Assembly: GCF_026210795.1 (NCBI RefSeq)
Contig: NC_089431.1
Location: forward strand, 3,100,001 to 3,164,000
DNA length: 64,000 bases
DNA from: Rhizophagus irregularis
Taxonomy: Eukaryota
Direction: 5' to 3'
The notes beneath the pieces are model-generated. The model worked only from the letters and a program-made list of their open reading frames with translations. It was not told where the DNA came from and searched no databases. The translations under genes and the position numbers were made by a program. Numbering within the stretch: the first letter of the stretch is position 1; each line of letters begins with the position of its first letter. Of this stretch, positions 52,526-64,000 are shown one piece after another.

Positions 52526-55500
52526 TGTGCAAACAGTCTTATGACTTTATCTTTTATTTATATTTCAACATCGAAAAATAATCAAACATTATTATAAAAA
52601 TAAGAAAATAAACTAATAAAAAATAAAAAGAGTAGCTTCACAACTCATACAAGTAAAGAAATCTAAACTAAAATAAATTAAAGCAAAGAGAAACTAAACT
52701 ATTACAGAATCGCATACCCCAACTTTACCCGAAGGCAAATCAGTGCGAATCAACTATCCAACATCCAAAATATCAGTCCGTTACCAGAAAGAGATCCTAA
52801 GAGGTTGAACTGTTAAGCGGCGCAGAAAATCCAAGTGCGAGATCCATGATCCACTCCGACTATGTAAGAGGAGGACCAAGCAGATCCAGGAATCCCGGTA
52901 ACTGTCGCTGTTAAGAGTTGCGATTTGGTGGGAGAAGTAGCAATAGGAGAAGAATTTATAGATTTTACTACTCAGCAAGCTAGTCGAATTAATCTTTAAC
53001 CGAAGTTTTATGTGTAAATTCTGGCTGACATAAAATGTTGTAAAAGTTTGTAATTCAATAGAGTAAATTCATCAATCGCTAAAGCGCTGTATATAAATTT
53101 CCGATACAGAATAATAAAATTTGTATTCATAAAAAAGTAGGAAGAGAAAATAGAAAAGCTTAAAATAAGCGTAAAAGAAGTGAGAAGAAGAATGATTAAA
53201 AGTAAATATTAAAAAAAAAAAAATCAGCGCAATTAGCGCATTAAAAAAACAGGGTGAAGCAAAATCGGCGGGTAGAACAGGTGTTCGAAAATTAGAAGGA
53301 GCAGGGTAAGGATGTGAATCAAACCAAGGTGCACAAACATCCAATAACATTAAGATATCACAAGGTTTAACACGACCTAGTTTGAAAGAAAACCGTGTAT
53401 CACTATTCCAAAGATGTGAAAATGTCGAAGAGGAAGCCGATTTGGTGATAATAGATTGGATGGCATCTCGAAGATACTTCTTCGATACCGAGGAAGTGTT
53501 GTGCTTGGAAATTAATAACCAGAGGAAATTGTGAGAAGGTACATAAATGGAAGCACTATACGAGAGTATCCTTCGGACCATATCAATAATGGAACGACTA
53601 AAGCCAAGAGTTTTAAAATCTTGATAATCAATAACAGGGCAGTTCAGACCAACAAAAGGACCAGAGGTGGGTTTGTCAGTAATAAAATGACTTCCAACTA
53701 CAGAAGAGGGATTCAAAACCACTTTTTGGATAGAACCTGTAAATTTAGAAGATACAAACGCAACTGAAGAGTGATGTGAACGTTCGTTCAAACAGAAGGA
53801 AACATCAGGGCGCGAAGATACGAGATTACGTATATTCTGGACAATTGAGTAATCAGTAGTAGACATAGTCAAATGATAGGAGGTAGGAGGAATGACTATA
53901 GCATGATCCTTAGTGGCCATCTACATGGAAGAGTCAAGAAGATCGGGCTGAATAACATGTCGTGAAAATTTGCTCCGGTCTGATAAAAGGTCTTTGTGGC
54001 GTTCTTGACGGGCAAGTTGTTTCTTCGAAGGGTGGGAAATGGATTTGTGAGCAGAGTATGAGATAAGAGTTCGTGCAGAAAGTGTACCACTGTCATCCTT
54101 AAGAACATGATGAAAAGCATAAGATTTGCGGTAGGAAAAGTCCTAGGCGTCGGGAAGTTACATCTTTATAAAAACCATCAGCGTGTCTTTTGCAGACACT
54201 ACATAGCAGTAAAGTGAAAAAAAGGAGAAGGAGGAGGAGGAGGAGTGTGAACAAGTTTTTTGTCATGAATATGACAAGCATGACGAAAGCGAGACATAAC
54301 ATAGGCGGCAGGAGTCTTGCAAAACGGTCAACCAAAATAAAGGCCAAGGTAAAAGCAAGATTGATGATATCGAAATTGAATAAAGGTACGAGTACGTCTA
54401 TTATTACGATGAGAAGATGACCAACGGGCAAGAGAGGTAACACGTTGTGTTAATAAAAGCTGGCGTAATCTATTAAAATATTTACGTCGAGCATGCGAGG
54501 GAATACGGTTTTGTCGGTAAAAGAAAAAGGTTAAAAATTTTGATAAAATAAATTTCAAATTAGGAGAAGGACGATCAGATGTAAATTGAAATGGCTCAGT
54601 AGTTGAAAGGAGAGGAGAATTGGTATGAATCGAATAACAATTATCCGAATCAGGAGTGGGGTCCAAAAGGAAGTAACAGTTGCCTCGTCGAATAGAATAT
54701 AAACGATTAGAGCCAATATTTCGAGCAGGACGTATCCATCCATCCAGGATGGTACGTATTGTGAAAGTGTAAGATAAACACTGTACATTATCATGAAGGG
54801 GGGCTGAAGCAGAAGTTGCAGATGAAGATCCCGCAGGTATACTATTTAGAGAAAGGACCGGAGGAGGAACGTTATTGTCATTATCAGCGGTATCTACTAG
54901 AGCTGAAATATGGGGAGTTATGAGAGAGGAGTCTAGGAATTCATTTTGAAAGGGACTTTTAGGTTGGGAAGGACGTGATAAAGGTGGAACCAATAAACGT
55001 ATTGTAGAAGAGGATAAAACCAAACGCGCAAAAGACAATTTTGTCTTAATTTTCTGTGCGCGTTTAAAGGATGCAGGGGAAATCATAGAGGATACGCGTT
55101 TACAAAGAAATTTAGGAGTACACCGTGGAGGGCGTAAACTATTAGTGCATCGCATAGAAGGGGTACATAAATCTAAGATGAAATTAGGATCAGCCTCGTG
55201 TTTAGAAGCCCAAATAGCTAATGGAAGAGGAGGTAGATCATCATTCATTGGATCATCATGTGATGGATGATCGTCAACAGGGGGGATAGCGAAATCCTTT
55301 TTTGAATCCGCAGTAGACGAAAGAGAGGTCAAACGTAAGTGTAAAAGGCGTTTTTGTTCAGAAAGAGAGTCGTCTAGTAGGCGAAGGGGGCCAAAAGCGA
55401 GGTAAGCACGTGACTTGGCAGAAGAGTTGTCAGGAAGAGAGTTGAAACGAGCAAAAAGAACTTCTTGTTTAAGGGCGCACTTAGCGCAAAGGTCCTCAAC

Positions 55501-55675
55501 TTCGCGAAGTTTAGAAAGAACTTCATCCCAACTCAAAGTTGAGAAGTCGTGAGAAGAGGCCATAGGCCTAGATAAAAATAGGAAGGATAAAAATAAAAGA
55601 AAAGGTAATAAAAAACTTTAGAAAAAATTATTTTTATTATATGTAAATAATGTCGTGAGGGCAACGGGAGAGAGT
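52526..55675 (-). mobile_element. 3.15-kb coding unit, probably an internally deleted non-LTR retrotransposon
   Basis: Bounded by the same target sequence (52509-52525; 55676-55691 and 55692-55707); contains a frameshifted long ORF and a short distal ORF fragment; no RT motif visible. Confidence 0.5.
53072..55563 (-). pseudogene. Frameshifted ORF (~750 codons) of unknown function in the 3.15-kb unit
   Basis: ORFs 54328-55563 and 53072-53920 are linked by frameshifted pieces (..FIQFRYHQSCFYLGLYF.., CSVCKRH..SRRLGL.., KKQLARQERH); Ser/Pro-rich, basic, with Cys/His clusters. Confidence 0.55.
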
Positions 55676-58600
55676 TAGTTTTATCCTTTTCAGTTTTATC
55701 CTTTTCCGATCACTGGCTGACGAGTTATTCAACAAAATGTTAAACATCAGCATTATAATATTTCTTGATTTACGTTTACTGCGCCATTTAACATTTTGCT
55801 AGATTTCTCGGTACCTAGTGATTGTAAAAAGACGATTTATAGCTCGTTGGAATCGCCTCATCGAGACGAATCGAATAATGGTAAGCTCATCTCTCTGTGA
55901 TCAATATTAACGGAGTTATTACTTAAAAACCATTTAATATTTTTTAATTTCAGAAATTGATCTAGTGATTGGATTTCAATGTATCTTATACCATTAGATT
56001 CGTCTCATCAAGACGAATCGAATGGTAGTAGTAAGATCGTCTTTCTAGGATCAATATTGACAGAGTTATTACACAAAAACCATTAATATTTTTTTAATTT
56101 CGGAAATTAATCTAGTGATTGGATTTCGACGTATTTTATACCATTAGAACCGTCTTATCAAGACGAATCGAATGGCGGTAAGATCATCTCTCTATGATTA
56201 ATATTGGCGAAGTTACGATACAATAAAGTTTTAAGTATAATTCTGGCTAAAATTATGTTAATTTTTGGCCGGAATTATGGTATACAAATATAAGAAATTT
56301 TTTATATAGTCACATCTCTTTATAATCACCAAATATGGACTGTTCCAAATGTGTGACTATAAAGAGAGTTGACTGTATCAATTTTGTAGTATCATGCAAG
56401 TTAACTATTGGTTTATCTGTGTAATATGCAAAATTTATAATTAATTACATATTTTTTGTAATTATTTACGCATTTCTGTAATTAATTACGTATTTCATAA
56501 AATTGGACAAATATTTTGAAATATTTACAGCAATTAAGAAATACATAATTCCTTATTATGAAATTAATTTCAGCTACAACTATAATAGTTCTATGTAATC
56601 AGTATAATGTATGATCAACTACTTTTTAAGTTTCATAACAACTATTTGATGAGCATTTGGGGTCTTTGCAATAGAAAAGTACAAAACTCAAAAAATATCA
56701 AAAATTGAATTAATATTAAATTTGCATTTATTTCAGTAAAAAAAAACATAATTAGCATATAAAGTAAAATTAAAATTTTTTTTTGAGTTTCATACCTTTC
56801 TATTGCAAAGACCCCATTTATATGATTTATGCCAAATGGTAAAGTTATTTGGATCTCTATCTTTATCATAAGTTCCATCTACTATTAAGATATATTACTG
56901 GTAGAAATTTCACTTTTATATGAAACTTTACCTTAAGATTTGCTTAAATTTTATTGGTTAATTAATTAAAATGGAAAAAAACATAATAATATAACATAAA
57001 ATTTTCTTTTATAGTAGGATCTTTAAAGAGTTTTATATATAAACCTTACCTTAGATTATAGTATAACCTATTTTAATAGTAAATGGAATCCTATTGCAAG
57101 TAATAAAAAAAAATATAAAATTTAAAAAGCTATTACCAAATTATTTAGCAAATAAAATTATAAAATAAAATATAAATTTTAAAATAATTTTAAAAGTAAT
57201 TTAATTTTTTTTATTATTAAAAAATATTAAAATTTAAAAATAAATTTAAAAATAATAATTATAATTAAGATTATTTTAATGCTTACTGAAAATGATTTTT
57301 ATTGTATGATTGTATCACATAATTTATAATTATTTTATTAAATTCATTTTTGAAAAAAATACAATTTTTAACATATCATTATGTAATCAAAAAAATTAAA
57401 AAATAATAAAAAGTACAATATATTTATATAAAAACATGTAAAATTTCTTCTTTTTCTAATATATATATGTTATTTAAATTATTTTAGAATGCCATAATTA
57501 TAATTTGAGATGTCATAATTCATTTAATTTACTATATATAATTTACTATGTAAAGTGCTAAAATAATTTGAGATGCTGTAATTGAATTTGGGATTTTACT
57601 TATAATTACAGCAGCCTAAAATAATTTGAACAATATATATATTCTAATGATAAATATTTTATTATGATTATTGAATAAAAAATAATCAACAAATCAAGTT
57701 TCATTAGAAGTAATAAATTACAAGAAAAATGTTTAGAAAAGACTTTCACTCACCATAGTACAATAGTTTTTATATAGATTTTTTAAAACCCTTTAATACT
57801 ATACATGTATAAAAATAAATTTTGAATTAAAAAATTAATTTTAATTTAATTGTATTAGATTTAAAATTTATACTTTATCTTATATATATTATATAATTTT
57901 AAATTTTTCTAATTATTATAAGTGATAATTACTAGTATTACTGAAATTATAATAATTGACTAGCATTAAAAAATATAGTACCAGTAAAATTTAATAATTC
58001 TAGTCGATGGTGATGATCACTTCTGATGATTTAAAGTAAAAATCTTTTAAAATTACACTAATTTTCTTTTAAAAAAAGTAATTTTTTAATTATTTATAAT
58101 TTTAAAAAATAAATAATTCTTAATAAATATAATAGAAAAATATTTAATATTATTAAATTAATTTTAAATATTTTTATAAAGAAAATAACAAGTTGTAAAA
58201 ATATGAAAACAAGTTAATATTCAAAGTTTACTGATAGCAATAATTACTATATCAGTATTATGATATACTTTCAACTAGAATTAAAAATCTAATAAAAAAC
58301 TGGTTAGTATTATATTATAATTTTACTACTAATGATCATCACTATTGGTGATTTCAATTTATAATTTTATAATTAAAATATTTAATAAAAAATCAATTTT
58401 ATAATAAAAAATTGTTTAATTTTAAAACTATATAATATGTAAATATTTTTTAAATAATATAATAATTACCAATTTGTAATATTTATAAAGTATTATTAAA
58501 TTTACTGTATCAGTTTTGATAAAATAATAATTATTAGTATTAATAGTCTAATTTATAATAATAAATTTCTATTAATTAAAAAAACTTGATAAAAAAAAGG

Positions 58601-60181
58601 ATTATAGTTATTTTTTATTTTTTATTTTTTTTATTAATCGCTACATATTTATTAAGTAAAGTAAAGAAAGTATAATTGTAAATATAAAAGCAACTAAACT
58701 AAACTTTTAGGACAAAATAAATTACTTATTATTCTATTTGAAACCTTATATATATATATAAGACTATAATAAATTACCAGATTTCTTTAAAATGCTTAGT
58801 AATTTTCATATTGCATGAAAGTTTATAAATTTCTGATAAAATCATTCAAAAAATTTTTTTTATTTAAAAGCTAGTTTATTGTAGAATGACTCATCTAATT
58901 CCAAGTAGATATACCAGATCCAATCATTTATGCTTTTAAATTATCTAATATTTTTTTGATGATTTTTCTATTAATTAATTTAAATTAATAAAAATTAAAA
59001 ATTAAAATCCATTAATCCTATTAGTTTCTTTAATAGACCAATTTATATAAATCCAAAAAAATTAGGTAATATAAATAATATTAAATTTTCAGCTTAGATA
59101 ATCAACATTTCAGTATTCCAGTTCTTTTAAAAAAAAAACTAAGAGTAAAAACACCAAAATTTTAGGAAAAAAAAACTAAAAAATAAAAAGAAAAGTTATA
59201 ATCCTTAGAAAATCTAAAGGAAAAAATCAAGTAAAAAAAAGAAAGAAATCCCAAATTGCCATTTATTATTACTACCTTTTAAATATCAACTGATAATAAA
59301 GAAGAAGCCTACTTTCCAAATGATTATTCCTACTTTAACTGGTACTTCATAAAAAGATTTTTGTAACGCTTTCAAAAATAAAGAAACTAATGGAAAACTT
59401 TACACTAGTGTAGAATTCAAAGTCCAGCCATCCAGTATGTAATTATTACAACTTTTAGAAATTCAGTGAAAGAAAAGTTTCACAGAAGTAAAAATATTTT
59501 TAATAAGAACTGTTTCAAATTAAGTAACTTTACCAAAATTAAGAGAGTTTAAGGTTTATTTAAATTTTAAAAGAATTCTCTTGAAGTCTTTAAAAACTAC
59601 TAAAAGCACTTTACAACTATTTGAATAAAAAAAGTTAAACTTTTTCTTTAGTAACTTCTACTGGAAAATGGCCAAATAATTGGCTGTTATTTTTTAATTT
59701 AAAAGATAAATATATATTATATTTATAATTAACTTATATTTTTATGCATTTTTTTATTATAAATAAGTAAATACATTATATTATAATATAAGTTGTAAAA
59801 ACTATTTGAAATTTAAAATTATAATAGTTTGTTACTATAAAATATAGTTTAATATAAAATTTATTAAGCTTTATTGATAATATAATAGTAATAATACAAT
59901 ATATTATTTATTTTAAATTATTTATAATAATAATTTAAATGCATTTTTATAATTTTACATATTATAGATAAACCATTTTCCAATTTTACAAAAAAAAGAA
60001 ACAAAAATAATTTTATTTCTTAATTGACATAATTAATTTAGCAAAATGTTGGAATTTTACATCAAAGGTATTAAAGGGTACTTTATTAAGCTTTTGAGTT
60101 TAATAATAACTTTTAAACTAGAATCTAAATACAATATAAAATTCATAAGAAAATATCCATGTAATTCATACAATCAATATT

Positions 60182-63100
60182 TCATTTATTAACTAAAGAT
60201 TTTAATTCTGGTACAATATCTTCATGTATTAATAAAGCATCAATAAATCCTTTTGCGGGTCCATTGATTAATTTAGGTTCACTCTCATTTTTTACCTTAT
60301 CATCAATCTTTTTTGATCCATTCTGAATTACTTTACTATCAATATTATCACTATCAGCATTATCCCTATCTTGTTTAAATATAGATAAAACAAATTTGGT
60401 AAAGTCTTCAATTTCAACTTTTGTTCCACCTACTCCTTCCATACCCCCTATTCTCTCTTCCGAAATGATAGCATCCATCATAAGAATATCATTAGTGCCA
60501 TCAACATTATTATTGATGCCAACAATTTCATCAATACTAACATCAACTCCACCTACATTCTGAGTATCTTTTTTAATCATCATTAAAATGGATAAAGTCA
60601 TAATGCCTATAGAATAACTTTGTGTGTACATATCAATCTTTTTTTCTAATATTGACGGTAAAAAATCCATAAAAAATATTTTTATAAGTGTTTTAGGATG
60701 TAAATATTCATTCCAAGTATAATATATTGGTAATGTTAACAAAGATGCCCCTAACTCGGCTAAAAAAAATGGAAAGGTTATCGTTTTAAGTTAATGCGAT
60801 CAGAAGAAAAATTAGCAATAATATGAAAGCAAGATTTTGTAATTACCCGCACGTATTCCCATTCCTTTCTTACCGGCAGACAACACCTCCTGTAGAATTA
60901 TATATATATAATAATATTAATTTAAGATCATTTTTTATTTGATTAAAATAAAAACTTAAAATTCTTCACACACCTCAACAATAAGATCAACAAAGGTCCT
61001 AGGGCCGTTAATTTCTAAACAATTCCTAAATAACTCAATATCTAAATGATGTGGTCCCAACCAAGAAGATGGATTTATAATAAATTCATCAAACAAATTA
61101 TTAGCCGCTCCACCATTTCCTGTGATATATTCATACTCTGTATTAATATCATTATTAAAATAATTTTCTGATAAAAATATTTCATAAATTAAAGAAGGTT
61201 TATGTCTTCCTCCGTATATTATCGATTTAAACATCATTTTAAATCTATAATATAACTTTTCTGCTGGATGTTTTGTATTTCTCCAATCTAAAATTACAAA
61301 AAAAGAGGAATTAGAAAATAAAACACAATATAGAGTATAAAAAAAAAATAAAAAGAATTATTACTTGGAACCATCATTATTTTTGCTATCTTATTACGTA
61401 TAATATTTTCCGTATCTTCTATACTTGGTAAGCTGCCATTTTCTGATATAATATCAAATATTGATAATAATTTATTTCCAATCAATTTTATAATTGAATT
61501 TGGAAATGCTTCTTCTAGTATTAATCTGTTTAATACTTTAAATGAAATTGAAGATTTTCTAAAAAAAAAAAATCTCACTTTTCACTTTTTTTTTTAAAAA
61601 AAAACAGGTCCTTAATAAAATTAAACTTATATTTACCCTTTAAACAAAATATCATCACATAGCGATTGACATACACCAATTAAGGCATATGACATGTGTG
61701 GTTTAACAAAATGTGTGAATAATGGTTCAAGATTTATCATTGCAATTTCTATGTCTTCCGTTACTACTTTTTTTAATGCTTCTTTAAATATTGTTGGTGA
61801 TAATTCTATCAAACTTCTTGGACTAATCCTAATTAGGAAAATAATATATTAAAATTATAAATAACAATAATAGTAATAAAATTGAAATGAAATCGAATGT
61901 AAAAAAAAAATTTTTTATTACCGAATCAAATCTTCGGGGATTTCTTGACTTGCATCAGATAATGTCGAAACCAATCTTGTTATTATGCTTTTTTCCTGAT
62001 CAAGTGAATCTATATCATATGTACTTCCTGATTGTATAAGCCATTTATAACAAAATCCTTCATCATCATGAAGAACATCTTTAATATTTTTATGAAACTA
62101 TAAAATGAAAAAGAAAAAAATTTCTTTTTAATAAAATTTTGTAAATCAAATTGAAAATTCAAAGTTTTTGATTTTTTTACCTCATATCTATCAATCACAC
62201 TAATTAGAAATAAGAATATTGTCCCGAAATTTTCATAATCATGAAGGAGGGACTCTAAAAAAGTAAAAGATTAATAAATAAATATATGAAAAATCTATAA
62301 TGAATTATTTATACATACCCTTTGAATCTGCCTTGCTTACCCATGTATTACATAATCTTTCTAAAGATGAAATAAATTCTGAAGGATGCCGATATAAATG
62401 AATAATATCAAGCAATGTAGGAACATCCATAAGAGATCGACAAAGTGTAGCTAATGGAGCCACTTCTAGTTTTGTACTCCATTCACTCATTAACTATAAA
62501 AAAATAAGTCGAATTAAGAAAATATATGTTTTTTTAAAACCTTTTAATCTTTTAATAATATCGTACCTTAAATATCGTCTCAACTCGAGATTCTTGATGT
62601 AAAAAACTTGTTGTGGCGGTTGATACTAAATGATCAATAATTTGTCTACTTGGATCATCTAATATATTTCCTGCTGTTAATCCAACTGTATCTCCCCCAT
62701 CTATTTCATATTCAAGTTCTAAAAACCTATTAACAAATTCTTTTCTTACTAACTTTCTATTTAAACATACTCTCAATATATCAACTGTTATATCTGCAGC
62801 TCTAAATTAAACAAATACGATAAAATAACAATTAATGCATACATATATATATAATTTATTTGAAGATATTAAATTCTTACTGGAATATGTCATCTTCCAC
62901 AAGTTGATTACATGCATTAATTAAACCTTTAAACCCAAATAATTGATTTATAACACATTCATGACAATCATACTACAAAAATTCATTTCTCATTATTATT
63001 GAATAAAGACAAAATTTTTTTGAGAAGCCACATTTTACTACTTTACCTTATTTTCTTCAGAATATAATAAATTACCATTTTTAAATTTATTAGATTTTTT

Positions 63101-63620
63101 TAATTCTAACTTTTCAATTAATGAAGGTAATTTAACTAATACAAAACTTTTCCATAATAATGTGTGTTGTACCCTTCCTGTTGATGTTTTATCACATTCT
63201 TCAGCTAATCCTGTTAATGCTGACATCCATAATTCTACATAAAATTCATGATCACAAGAAACCTATGTTTAGTATTAATTTTTCGAATTATGTTAAAAAG
63301 TTGAATTATTATATTGATTGAAAAATAACTTTTTTTTAATAAAGAAGAAATGTAGATACCTGAATATGTTGCAATTTCTCTAAATATTCGACTGCCATAT
63401 CATCTGTCATAACGGGTCTAGTTTGTACCTTTAAAAAAAATATACTTTTTTTTTTAAAAAAAACATTCACATTCTCAATATGAATAACTAACATAATTTG
63501 AAAATAAAAGTCTATAAAAATTCATCAAAAAAAATTTACCAAATTATATGCAAAAAACATTATAGATATTGATGGTATAGCAGGTGAATTTATCACTCCA
63601 TTTGATTGATTATACTTCAT
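60182..63620 (-). CDS. MED5: Mediator complex subunit Med5 (Nut1)-like, multi-exon
   Basis: About 13 GT-AG exons. Motifs LLWKSFVLVKLPSLI, LATLCRSLMDVPTLLDIIHLY.HPSEFISSL..LC..W and DYENFGTIFLFL...IDRY match my recollection of fungal Med5 (LDV.LLF..P...L..L...W...YDEFG.ILL). Start at 63620 (MKYNQSN) is tentative. Confidence 0.7.
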
Positions 63621-64000
63621 CTTTTTTACTTTGCACGAAAAAGATAAATTGAATTCATCAATATTTTTTGTTTAAATAATAATTTACTTCCGTGACACAA
63701 AATGTAGATCAAACTGTATTGGGAAAAATAAGTTGTACAAAAAAGTAATATATAATAAAAGGATTAGGATTTAGGACTGATAATTCTCTATATTTACAAA
63801 CATATTAAGTATTTTATTTTATTTCTTTTAATTAAAAATCAATACGTAATGACTGTGTCAGGTCACTTCAGTTAATTAAAGAATTATGATATTAATTCAA
63901 GGATCATAATTTAAAATTTTGTTTTTTGAGAACCTTTTCATATTTAAAGAGAATAGAGAGAGGGATGGGATCTCTCCGTCTCTCGTATGTAATAACACTA

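Larger units (their letters stand above)
49242..56375. mobile_element. CAGT-ended non-autonomous Tc1/pogo-type element (~950 bp) hosting a 6.2-kb insertion array
   Basis: TIR CAGTCAACTCCCTCTATAGTTAC / GTGACTATAAAGAGAGTTGACTG with TA flanks; internal modules GTCTC-N3-GAGACGAATCGAATGRTGGT at 49494, 55852, 55998 and 56150. Confidence 0.85.

Noticed and set aside
63955..63985. GAGAGAGGGA..TCTCTCCGTCTCTC hairpin
   Set aside because: Low-complexity GA/TC pairing at the window edge; insufficient support.

Overview
AT-rich eukaryotic DNA with short GT-AG introns. Gene style and repeat families look like a Glomeromycotina (arbuscular mycorrhizal) fungus, probably Rhizophagus-like; this is an inference. 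Most of the window is nested mobile DNA. Main contents: (1) Tc1/mariner, hAT and Harbinger-type MITEs with readable TIRs and TSDs, including a 1.2-kb foldback (1-8.8 kb). (2) A complete 12.9-kb CMC/EnSpm(Plavaka)-like transposon (8795-21688) with a decayed transposase, a Myb/SANT gene and an intact 5-exon cargo gene. (3) A ~3.6-kb tandem triplication with three IFI6/IFI27 (ISG12)-family genes. (4) Three paralogous surface-protein genes sharing an 8-Cys domain (two single-pass, one GPI-type with two domains). (5) Decayed MULE/hAT relics and a micro-exon ladder. (6) An array of four elements (three ~1-kb non-coding SINE-like units and one 3.15-kb coding unit), each bounded by the same 17-bp sequence TAGTTTTATCCTTTTCC, inside a CAGT-ended MITE; this is the most striking structure. 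(7) A multi-exon Mediator subunit Med5-like gene at the right end.
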